A stretch of DNA of 64,000 bases from an uncultured Planctomycetales bacterium (GTDB lineage: Bacteria > Omnitrophota > Gorgyraeia > Zapsychrales > JAHFFX01), in contig CAYJRN010000002.1 in the NCBI GenBank assembly GCA_964372915.1, forward strand, positions 1,409-65,408, read 5' to 3'. This document shows positions 56,325-64,000 of the stretch, piece after piece; position 1 is the first letter of the stretch, and every line of letters starts with the position of its first letter. The position numbers and the translations under genes are program-made. A model generated the notes under the pieces. The model searched no databases. It saw nothing but the letters and a program-made list of their open reading frames with translations, and was not told the origin of the DNA.

Positions 56325-59273
56325 GTGCCAAGAGATCCAGAGCGTCATTACAATATCAACAAGCTCAACGCGCTTTTTGCCTTGGCGGCCATTATTTTAC
56401 TCATTTCGCTTATTGGGATGTTCGCGCACGATTATTCCCGCGATTGGAAAAATTTTCAAAAGAGATTCCGCGCCCTTGAATTGCAAAAGACAAAAGGCCA
56501 ATACGCCGAGGAAGTTAAGGACCTTAATCAAAAACAAGAATACAAAGACCTTTTGAAGAAAGAAGAGGAAGCCCAGAAGAAAGTCGTCGCCAAGTCGGCG
56601 GAAATCGCGGCTATCGAAAAAAATGTTGCCAAGATCCGCGCTCGGTATGATCTTTTAAATCAGAAAAGTCAGTTTACCAAGGCTGAATATGGTGTGCTTC
56701 GCTATGACTATGAAGACGCCCTCAGCAAAAGAGATCCAAGGGGCCCGGCTTTAAAAAATAAGCTTAATAAGCTGGACAAAGAGATGGCCGGTTACCGGTT
56801 GGATTTGGAAAATACCAACGCCGAGATTACGCGAGAAACAAATAAAATCCAGGCCTTTGAAGAGGATCTCGAGAATTTAGGAAAGGAACAAAAGAAGTTC
56901 ACCAAACTAAGAGACATCCTGGAGCGCAAACTTAAGAAGATCGATCCCCAAAGAATGACCGTCGCAAGTAAAGTGGCGAATACCATCCGCGATCTGCCGG
57001 TTTTGGATCTCGCCAATCCCAACGACCATATCCAGCAGATTGTTCTCAAAGATCTTACCGACAGCGTCAATTTTATGCAGGTTCCCAAGGTCGATCGTTG
57101 TATCACCTGTCATTTAGGTATTGATAATCCGGATTATAAAGATGCTCCGCAGCCTTTCACGACCCACCCTCGCTTGGAACTATTTGTCGCCAATAATTCA
57201 AAACATCCGATGGAGGAATTCGGTTGCACTACCTGTCATGGCGGGCGCGGGCGCGGGACGGATTTTGTTACCGCGGTCCACACGCCTTCTTCCAAAGAAC
57301 AGGAAGAAGACTGGAAGAAGAAGTACCATTGGAGGGAGTATCACCTCTGGGAACAACCGATGTATCATAAACAATATATTGAGGCTGGATGCTTGAAATG
57401 CCATTCTGGGGAAACCGTCATCAAGGGTGCTGAAAAATTGAATCTGGGACTCAACCTCATTGAGCGCGCCGGCTGCTTTGGCTGCCATACGATGGAAAAA
57501 TACAAGGATTGGCCCAAGACGGGTCCTGATCTGACACATCTCGCCTCGAAAGCGCCCAAAGAATGGGTTTATCGTTGGATCGAATCTCCCCAATCTTTTC
57601 GCCACAATACTTGGATGCCGGAGTTCTTTCATCAATCCAATAACAGTGACCATGAATCCCAGAAGCGCGTTGAGCAGGAAATCCACGCGATGGTGGCTTA
57701 CCTTTTTAAAAACTCGACAGAATATAAAATGGATCAACCCACCGTTAACGGCGATGTTCAACGCGGAGAAGAATTGGTTTCCTCTATTGGTTGCTTTGCT
57801 TGTCACACTATTCAACCGGAAAAAACCCAAGAGAAGATTACCCGTGACAAGCTAAAAAGAGAACAGGGCCCCAATTTGATTGGCTTGGGGACCAAAACCT
57901 CTTTGAATTGGCTCACCAGTTGGCTCAAGGATCCCAATCGTTATCATCCCGGCACCAAGATGCCAAATTTAAGGCTTTCCGATCAAGAAGCGGCGGACAT
58001 CGCTGTGTATCTTTCCACTTATCAAAATCAAAATTTTATGAAGGGCGATTTGCCGGCGGTCGATGAAGGCATTCTGACCAAAATCACCGAAAACTTTTTG
58101 AGGAAGAGCATGACCGTCCAGGAAGCCAAGGATCAGGCAGCGCCTATGAAACTCGAGGACAAACTTCAATTCACGGGAAAGAAACTGATCCAGCATTACG
58201 GTTGTTTTGCCTGCCATAATATCAAGGGCTTTGAAAATGAAAAGCCCATTGGGACAGAACTCACCGAAGAGGGCAGCAAGCCGGCGGAGAAATTGGATTT
58301 TGGCTTTATCGATATTGATCATACGAATGATGCGTGGTTCGTCCAGAAACTTAAAAGTCCGCGCGTTTTCGATCAAGGGAAAGTCAAAGCGCCGGAGGAA
58401 AAGCTCAAGATGCCTAATTTCCACTTTACGGATGAAGAGGTTGATGCGATTGTTACCGTTCTTCTGGGAATGGTGAAAGATCCGCCGGCTTTAAGTAAAA
58501 TGCCCGCCCGCACGCCAAAGAATCTTTACGTGGCGGAAGGTCAGAAAATCATTCGTCAATTCAATTGCCAGGGTTGCCATATTATTGAAGGTGAAGGCGG
58601 AGCCATCCAGCCCGCTATTGAGGAATGGCTCGTTAAGTACGGCGGTAAAACCCAAAGCGATGCCCATTCGTTCGTCGGAAGTTTTAGCCCTCCGAATTTG
58701 GTTGGAGAAGGTCAAAAGGTTCAGGCCGCCTGGCTTTTTGATTTTTTGCATCAACCGACGACGATCCGTCCGTGGCTTAAGGTGAGAATGCCAACCTACA
58801 ATTTTGACGAAGTCCATTTGAATACGCTCGTCAAGTATTTCAATTACCTTGATGATCAGGATTTTCCGTTTGTGCAAAACACCGGTACCGAAATGACACC
58901 CGAAGAAAAACAGGCGGCAGAAAAACTTATTTCTAAAGATTATTTTGGCTGCGCGACCTGTCATATCGTGGGCGCCCAACTGCCCGGCGGTTCGCCGGAC
59001 AGTTGGGCGCCCGATTTGGCGCTCGCCCACAGCCGTTTAAAGCCCAGCTGGATCATTGAATGGATGAAGGACCCCCAGAAGCTTTTGCCGGGTACGAAAA
59101 TGCCGACGTATTTTGATCCGGCCACCTTTGATTCTTCAGGTCCCGATGATCTTTTGGACGGCGATGAGATGAAGCAGATCAAGGCCCTCCGAAATTACAT
59201 TCTATCGCTTTCTTCCGAGCAGGCTACGCCTCGTCTTTCCACAGAGGCAACAGAACCGCCAACGCAAAAATAA
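56325..59273 (+). CDS. Membrane-anchored octaheme c-type cytochrome with a ~250-aa N-terminal coiled coil
   Basis: Eight CxxCH motifs (CITCH, CTTCH, CLKCH, CFGCH, CFACH twice, CQGCH, CATCH). One N-terminal TM; residues ~40-290 are K/E-rich heptad-like. Confidence 0.85.
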   Translation: MPRDPERHYNINKLNALFALAAIILLISLIGMFAHDYSRDWKNFQKRFRALELQKTKGQYAEEVKDLNQKQEYKDLLKKEEEAQKKVVAKSAEIAAIEKNVAKIRARYDLLNQKSQFTKAEYGVLRYDYEDALSKRDPRGPALKNKLNKLDKEMAGYRLDLENTNAEITRETNKIQAFEEDLENLGKEQKKFTKLRDILERKLKKIDPQRMTVASKVANTIRDLPVLDLANPNDHIQQIVLKDLTDSVNFMQVPKVDRCITCHLGIDNPDYKDAPQPFTTHPRLELFVANNSKHPMEEFGCTTCHGGRGRGTDFVTAVHTPSSKEQEEDWKKKYHWREYHLWEQPMYHKQYIEAGCLKCHSGETVIKGAEKLNLGLNLIERAGCFGCHTMEKYKDWPKTGPDLTHLASKAPKEWVYRWIESPQSFRHNTWMPEFFHQSNNSDHESQKRVEQEIHAMVAYLFKNSTEYKMDQPTVNGDVQRGEELVSSIGCFACHTIQPEKTQEKITRDKLKREQGPNLIGLGTKTSLNWLTSWLKDPNRYHPGTKMPNLRLSDQEAADIAVYLSTYQNQNFMKGDLPAVDEGILTKITENFLRKSMTVQEAKDQAAPMKLEDKLQFTGKKLIQHYGCFACHNIKGFENEKPIGTELTEEGSKPAEKLDFGFIDIDHTNDAWFVQKLKSPRVFDQGKVKAPEEKLKMPNFHFTDEEVDAIVTVLLGMVKDPPALSKMPARTPKNLYVAEGQKIIRQFNCQGCHIIEGEGGAIQPAIEEWLVKYGGKTQSDAHSFVGSFSPPNLVGEGQKVQAAWLFDFLHQPTTIRPWLKVRMPTYNFDEVHLNTLVKYFNYLDDQDFPFVQNTGTEMTPEEKQAAEKLISKDYFGCATCHIVGAQLPGGSPDSWAPDLALAHSRLKPSWIIEWMKDPQKLLPGTKMPTYFDPATFDSSGPDDLLDGDEMKQIKALRNYILSLSSEQATPRLSTEATEPPTQK

Positions 59274-59285
59274 AGCTTGTGATTT

Positions 59286-60065
59286 ATGATTTCGAAAATT
59301 TCTCTCTTGACCGCGCTTTTGTTTTCTGCTGTTTATCCACTCTGTTTCTGGATTCACTCGAAAGATCCCCTTAAGAATAACTTTCATAGATTTCATGTCG
59401 GGCTGCCGGCATTCGTGGGTGGGGTGGCGGTCGCGGCCATTTTCTTTGCCAATTGTCCATCCCAACTTAAGACAATCGCTCTGGCCTGGGAAATTCTTTT
59501 TCTTTTGATTTGTGGTTATTATTGGAAGAAAGAAACGGTTGATCCCAGAATCATCACAATTCCTTGTCTTTTGGGGATTTGGGTGCTTTGTCTAGTCCAG
59601 TCTCTGATATTGCTGAAGCCGGTTTCTCTAACGACAATGGTACCGCTCGTGCTCGGGGGAATCATTTTCTGCAGCGCTATTTATGCGATGAATCTGGGAC
59701 ATTGGTATTTGAATATTCACGGATTACCCCTCGGGCATTTGATGCGCGCGGTTAATGTCTTTTGGTTTTTTTTAGGATTGCGTCTTCTCTGGGACATTTT
59801 TGCTATTTTGACCACTCAGGTGGTTTCTGGCGGACAAGGGCTTCTTTTATGGCAGTTTATGCAACACTTAGACGGCTTCTTTTTGTGGATCGCCGTGTTC
59901 TTCGGCACTCTCATGCCCATCGGGACTTTGTATTTTGTCCGGGGAACGCTCCTGGTCAAATCCACTCAATCCGCCACCGGCATTCTTTATGTGATCTTGA
60001 TTGCTGTATTGATAGGGGATATCACGTATAAATACTATTTGATTCGCTACGGGGTCGCTCTGTGA
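59286..60065 (+). CDS. Polytopic membrane protein of unknown function
   Basis: About 7 predicted TM helices; no recognisable motif. Confidence 0.45.
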   Translation: MISKISLLTALLFSAVYPLCFWIHSKDPLKNNFHRFHVGLPAFVGGVAVAAIFFANCPSQLKTIALAWEILFLLICGYYWKKETVDPRIITIPCLLGIWVLCLVQSLILLKPVSLTTMVPLVLGGIIFCSAIYAMNLGHWYLNIHGLPLGHLMRAVNVFWFFLGLRLLWDIFAILTTQVVSGGQGLLLWQFMQHLDGFFLWIAVFFGTLMPIGTLYFVRGTLLVKSTQSATGILYVILIAVLIGDITYKYYLIRYGVAL

Positions 60066-60484
60066 TGGGGACTATTACCCGGAATTGCGAGCAATGTCGG
60101 CAGTATCATGCGGCTCAAGTCTATGCCCATGAGGATATCCTCTGCCCGCATTGTTCCAAGACATGGGGGAAGGGCCCCAGTATAGAGAGAATTTTTGATT
60201 CCTGTTTTATTTGCGAATGCACTCAGTTTTATACTCAGAAGGATTTTAATCAGGCGCTGGGATGCCTTATTATGCTGGTGGGCATTGTTCTTGCGCCGTT
60301 CACTTTTGCTTTGAGTTTGCCTGTTTTTGCCGGTCTCGATTGGCTTTTATATAAGAAAGTTCCGACGATAGTGGTCTGTTACCGCTGTGGCAGTGAGTTT
60401 CGTGGATTTTCCATTCCCGAGAGATTCAAAGATTTCATGCACCACATCGGCGTCAAATACGATGACCCCTCGGGAAATTTTTAG
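60062..60484 (+). CDS. Cys-rich (two zinc-ribbon-like CxxC pairs) membrane protein of unknown function
   Basis: CEQC...CPHC and CYRCG pairs flanking a TM segment (LIMLVGIVLAPFTFALSLPVFAGL). Confidence 0.45.
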   Translation: MMGTITRNCEQCRQYHAAQVYAHEDILCPHCSKTWGKGPSIERIFDSCFICECTQFYTQKDFNQALGCLIMLVGIVLAPFTFALSLPVFAGLDWLLYKKVPTIVVCYRCGSEFRGFSIPERFKDFMHHIGVKYDDPSGNF

Positions 60485-60602
60485 GCTACCTTCCCCGAGG
60501 GGTCATCCTGAACGAGTGCAACGAGTGAAGGATTGAGCAGATCCTTCGTCGCTCCGCTCCTCAGGATGAGGGGTCGGAAAACTCTCCGACCCCTCAAATA
60601 CG
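60461..60602. repeat. Repeat-rich region: perfect 14-bp inverted repeat GATGACCCCTCGGG/CCCGAGGGGTCATC across the stop codon; a 9-bp inverted repeat TCATCCTGA/TCAGGATGA; the hairpin GAGGGGTCGGA-aaactct-CCGACCCCTC; four GAGGGGTC/GACCCCTC 8-mers; and AAATACGAT twice.
   Basis: Read directly between 60461 and 60602. Confidence 0.6.
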
Positions 60603-60705
60603 ATAAGAAATAGACGAAACAAATCAAAACGTCCCTTGACAAAAAAAATCACTAGGTGTAGCTTATTACAATTGACCCATTCATAGATCAAGAAAGGATG
60701 CACAT

Positions 60706-61410
60706 ATGCGTAGTCTAAAAGCGTTTTATCCTGCTGTTCTTTTTGCCCTTGCCTGGACGACCCAGACTCAGGCGGCCACGATCACCGGTACCATCAAGTA
60801 TGAGGGAGCGGTTCCCAAATTCAAGGAAATTCAGATGGGAGCTGATGCCATTTGTGTGGCCCACCATACTTCTGCCGTTTACCCTGAAACCCTGCTTGTG
60901 GGCGATGGCAATACAATGGCCAACGTTTTTGTTTACGTCAAAAGCGGTCTTGCCAAAAAAGATTATCCGGTGCCGATGGAACCCACGGTCGTTGACCAAA
61001 AAGGGTGTCAGTATAATCCCCACGTTTTGGGTGTGAGGGCTGGACAAAAAGTTAAGTTCTTGAATCCCGACGGCACCATGCACAACGTGCATGCCATGAG
61101 CAAGGTGAATCCAGAATTCAACATTGCCATGCCAAAATTCCGCACGGAAGTCGAAAAAGTCTTCGATAAAGAAGAATTTATGTTCCCTATTAAATGTGAT
61201 GCTCACCCTTGGATGGGCGCTTACGTAGCTGTTATGTCTCATCCTTTTTTCAACGTCACTGGGAAAAACGGCAAATTTACCATCTGCAACCTGCAAGCCG
61301 GCAGCTACGAAATCGAAGCTTGGCACGAAAAGCTGGGAACTCAAACCGCTTCCCTCACCGTTGGAGCGGAGGAAACAAAGACGGTTGATTTCACTTTTAA
61401 GAAGCCTTAG
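60706..61410 (+). CDS. Secreted cupredoxin-domain (type 1 copper, amicyanin/pseudoazurin-like) protein
   Basis: Signal peptide. Candidate Cu ligands H(NVH)...C-D-A-H-P-W-M (C-x2-H-x2-M). Only one Cys, so not a CuA site. Located immediately upstream of coxA. Confidence 0.55.
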   Translation: MRSLKAFYPAVLFALAWTTQTQAATITGTIKYEGAVPKFKEIQMGADAICVAHHTSAVYPETLLVGDGNTMANVFVYVKSGLAKKDYPVPMEPTVVDQKGCQYNPHVLGVRAGQKVKFLNPDGTMHNVHAMSKVNPEFNIAMPKFRTEVEKVFDKEEFMFPIKCDAHPWMGAYVAVMSHPFFNVTGKNGKFTICNLQAGSYEIEAWHEKLGTQTASLTVGAEETKTVDFTFKKP

Positions 61411-61465
61411 CGTCCAATAAATCATAAAGAAACAATAACCCCTTCCAAAAAAAAGAGTTCAATGG

Positions 61466-63205
61466 ATGAGCCAGCCAGATTACCACGACGACCATAAGGT
61501 CAGTTTTTTAAAGAAGTACATTTTCTCAACGGACCATAAGATGATCGGTCTGTGGTACGGGATTACGGCGCTATTCTTTTTGTTATTTGGTTTCGGTCTG
61601 GTCATGCTCATGCGCTGGCAGCTGGCTTATCCGGAACAGCCGTTACCCATTGTCGGGAAGTGGTTTGGGGAGAGTAGAATGCCGGGGGGCGTTATGCTGC
61701 CGGAATTCTACAATCAACTGGGGGCCATGCACGGGACGATTATGGTCTTTATGGGAATTGTTCCATTGGCGGTGGGCGCCTACGGGAATTTTCTTATTCC
61801 GCTCATGATCGGCGCGCCGGACATGGCATTGCCTAAGATCAACTTAGCCAGCTATTGGGCCTACTTTATTGGCGGAGTGATTATGCTTGTCAGTTTCTTC
61901 GTTCCCGGCGGGGCGGCCAGTTCCGGCTGGACCTCTTACACGCCTTTGGCCGTTATCGCGACCACCGGGCAGACCATGTGGATTATCGGCATGATATTTC
62001 TCATTACTTCTTCGCTCTTAGGGGCTGTTAATTTCATTACAACCATTGTTCAGATGCGCGCGCCGGGAATGACCTTCATGAAAATGCCGTTTTTTGTCTG
62101 GGCTCAATTCGTCACCGCGTTTTTACTTTTACTGGCGTTTCCTCCTCTGGAAGCGGCCAGCGTGATGCAGCTCATGGATCGCGTGGCGCATACCAGTTTC
62201 TTTATGCCCAGCGGCTTGGTGGTCAGCGGTCAACCCTTGAACATTAGCGGAGGGGGCAGTGTTCTTCTTTGGCAACATCTGTTCTGGTTCCTGGCTCACC
62301 CGGAAGTCTACGTCCTTATCTTGCCGGCCATGGGGATCGTCAGTGAAATCATTGCGAATAACACCCGTAAGCCTTTGTGGGGCTACAAATCCATGGTGTA
62401 TTCCATTAATGTTCTGGGTTTTCTGTCTTTCATCGTCTGGGCTCATCACATGTTTATTACCGGGATGGGAACGTCCATCAGCGCTTTTTTCCAAGCCACG
62501 ACCATGATCATTTCAATCCCCTCCGTCATCATCTTAACCGCATTTTTTATTTCTCTTTGGGGAGGATCCATCCGTTTTAATACCCCGATGCTTTTTGCCT
62601 TGGCGTTCTTACCGATGTTCGGGATCGGAGGCTTGACGGGACTGCCCTTGGGGTTATCAGCCCCGGATATCCATTTGCATGATACCTATTATGTCATTGG
62701 TCACTTTCACTATATTGTTGCCCCGGGAACGATTTTTGCTTTGTTTGGGGGGATTTATTACTGGTTTCCTAAAATCACCGGACGAAAAATGAGCGAGCTT
62801 TTAGGGCAGATTCATTTTTGGCCTTCCTTGATCTGCATGAATCTTATTTTTATGCCCATGATGATTCAAGGGATGATGGGGGTTTCCCGCCGTTTATATG
62901 ACGGCGGAGCGACGTATACTTTCGCTCAAGGGGTCCTTCATTGGAATGTTCTTATGACTCAGGCCGCTTGGACGATGGCGATTTTTCAGATTCCTTTTGT
63001 CATCAATATCATCTGGAGCTTGTTTAAAGGGGAGAGGGCGAATGATAATCCTTGGGAATCCACCACTTTGGAGTGGGCAACGCCCACGCCGCCGGGACAT
63101 GGAAATTTTACCTTTGAACCCAAAGTCTACCGAGGGCCTTACGAGTACAGCGTCCCGGGGGCCAGTAAAGATTTCACTCCACAATATCAAGAAAAGGTGA
63201 GTTAA
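61466..63205 (+). CDS. ctaD: Heme-copper oxidase subunit I
   Basis: LAHPEVYVLILPAMGIVSEII, WAHHMFITGMG and HDTYYVIGHFHYIV, with conserved His ligands for heme a/a3 and CuB. Confidence 0.95.
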   Translation: MSQPDYHDDHKVSFLKKYIFSTDHKMIGLWYGITALFFLLFGFGLVMLMRWQLAYPEQPLPIVGKWFGESRMPGGVMLPEFYNQLGAMHGTIMVFMGIVPLAVGAYGNFLIPLMIGAPDMALPKINLASYWAYFIGGVIMLVSFFVPGGAASSGWTSYTPLAVIATTGQTMWIIGMIFLITSSLLGAVNFITTIVQMRAPGMTFMKMPFFVWAQFVTAFLLLLAFPPLEAASVMQLMDRVAHTSFFMPSGLVVSGQPLNISGGGSVLLWQHLFWFLAHPEVYVLILPAMGIVSEIIANNTRKPLWGYKSMVYSINVLGFLSFIVWAHHMFITGMGTSISAFFQATTMIISIPSVIILTAFFISLWGGSIRFNTPMLFALAFLPMFGIGGLTGLPLGLSAPDIHLHDTYYVIGHFHYIVAPGTIFALFGGIYYWFPKITGRKMSELLGQIHFWPSLICMNLIFMPMMIQGMMGVSRRLYDGGATYTFAQGVLHWNVLMTQAAWTMAIFQIPFVINIIWSLFKGERANDNPWESTTLEWATPTPPGHGNFTFEPKVYRGPYEYSVPGASKDFTPQYQEKVS

Positions 63206-63206
63206 T

Positions 63207-64000
63207 ATGTCATCCTCGGTAAACGTTCTTCCTTTTACCGTTCAACCCAGGCAGGATACCGGGCTTTTTAATGCTAAGCTCGCCATATGGCTATTCTTGG
63301 CTTCTGAAGTCATGCTTTTCGGCGGACTTTTTTCCGCCTATATTTTATTGCGAGTAAGCGCTGTCGAATGGCCATTAGGTTCAACCATTCTCAGCATTCC
63401 TATCGGAACATTCAATACCCTGGTGCTTATTACCTCCAGTGTCACGATGGTCATGGCCTGGGCTTCGCTCAAAATGGAGAAGTTTAATAAGTTTAGGATG
63501 TACTTAGGGTTGACCATTTTATTGGCTTTGACATTCCTTATGGTGAAGGCTTATGAATATGGAGCAAAATTCGCCACAGAATACCATGAGAATTTTCCGG
63601 TATTAGTCAAACTGGTTTTTTCTAATATCGTGGCAGGAATGGCTTCATTGCCTTTGCTCCCTAAAGTCATCACAGGGGTGATGTTGATCATTGGAATGAT
63701 CTCTTGGTTAAAGATCGCCCTCAAAGATTTTGCAAGGTCTTTAAGAATAGGGATCTTCTTCTTTGGGCTCATTGTTTTCTTTGGAATTATTCTAGCCCTT
63801 TTTGAATTAGGAATCCGCTCGTCCCACCATCATTATCCGCCAAGCCATAGTACGTATATGGCTCTTTATTTTACTTTAACGGGGCTTCATGGGATACACG
63901 TGCTGGGGGGGATCATCGTGAACGGTTACTTTTGGGGACCGGGAAGAAAAATGTGGTTGGACCAGCCGGAGCGCTTTACCAACCGCATTGAAGTCGCCGG
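63207..64000 (+). CDS. ctaE: Heme-copper oxidase subunit III (3' end beyond window)
   Basis: Own translation from ATG at 63207: MSSSVNVLPF...LFGGLFSAYILLR...YFTLTGLHGIHVLGGIIV, subunit III signatures. It is absent from the ORF track because it runs off the edge. Confidence 0.8.
   Translation, partial: MSSSVNVLPFTVQPRQDTGLFNAKLAIWLFLASEVMLFGGLFSAYILLRVSAVEWPLGSTILSIPIGTFNTLVLITSSVTMVMAWASLKMEKFNKFRMYLGLTILLALTFLMVKAYEYGAKFATEYHENFPVLVKLVFSNIVAGMASLPLLPKVITGVMLIIGMISWLKIALKDFARSLRIGIFFFGLIVFFGIILALFELGIRSSHHHYPPSHSTYMALYFTLTGLHGIHVLGGIIVNGYFWGPGRKMWLDQPERFTNRIEVA

Overview
This 64-kb window reads as chromosomal DNA of a moderately low-GC bacterium. Most of it is core energy metabolism; one stretch of roughly 12 kb is accessory, rich in repeats and toxin-antitoxin modules. 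All calls come from reading the supplied sequence and ORF translations; nothing was searched or computed externally.

Core genes, in order:
- A partial nitrite/sulfite-reductase-like gene on the minus strand at the left edge. It is absent from the ORF track, which appears to list only ORFs that start and stop inside the window.
- An orphan AmmeMemoRadiSam radical-SAM gene, a Cu/Zn superoxide dismutase and an isochorismatase-family hydrolase.
- Acetyl-CoA synthetase translationally coupled to two orphan CheY-like receivers.
- sdhCAB (succinate dehydrogenase/fumarate reductase with b-type cytochrome subunit).
- Heme biosynthesis: hemN, hemE, hemY, and later hemA-hemH.
- System II cytochrome c maturation (resB-ccsA) and molybdenum cofactor genes (moeA-mobA-moaD).
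- A complete F1Fo ATP synthase operon, preceded by a TMEM14-like gene and atpZ.
- A Rieske / split cytochrome b / octaheme cytochrome c complex headed by a HEAT-repeat protein.
- A heme-copper oxidase (subunits I and III) preceded by a cupredoxin-domain protein instead of a CuA subunit II.

Accessory and unusual content:
- A type IV pilus / type II secretion hybrid cluster (parA-like, pilM, pilN, pilO/P fusion, secretin with a TPR tail, gspF, pseudopilins) whose ATPase gene lies about 10 kb downstream.
- The intervening island holds a DUF4258/DUF2283 toxin-antitoxin cassette bounded by perfect 30-bp direct repeats.
- It also holds a heptanucleotide tandem repeat at the 5' end of a secreted-protein gene.
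- It carries two translationally coupled giant Thr/Gly/Ser-rich surface proteins, one with a perfect 769-bp internal duplication.
- A truncated Avd-like four-helix-bundle gene flanked by inverted repeats sits between them, with no reverse transcriptase nearby.
- The gspE/pilB ATPase is sandwiched between two paralogous hicB-hicA modules that share a duplicated promoter.
- Several conserved or palindromic intergenic elements recur: a ~55-bp element shared upstream of sdhCAB and atpE, TAGCGG-type palindromes flanking hemN, and GAGGGGTC-type repeats before the oxidase locus.

No rRNA, tRNA, CRISPR array, integrase or transposase was recognised.
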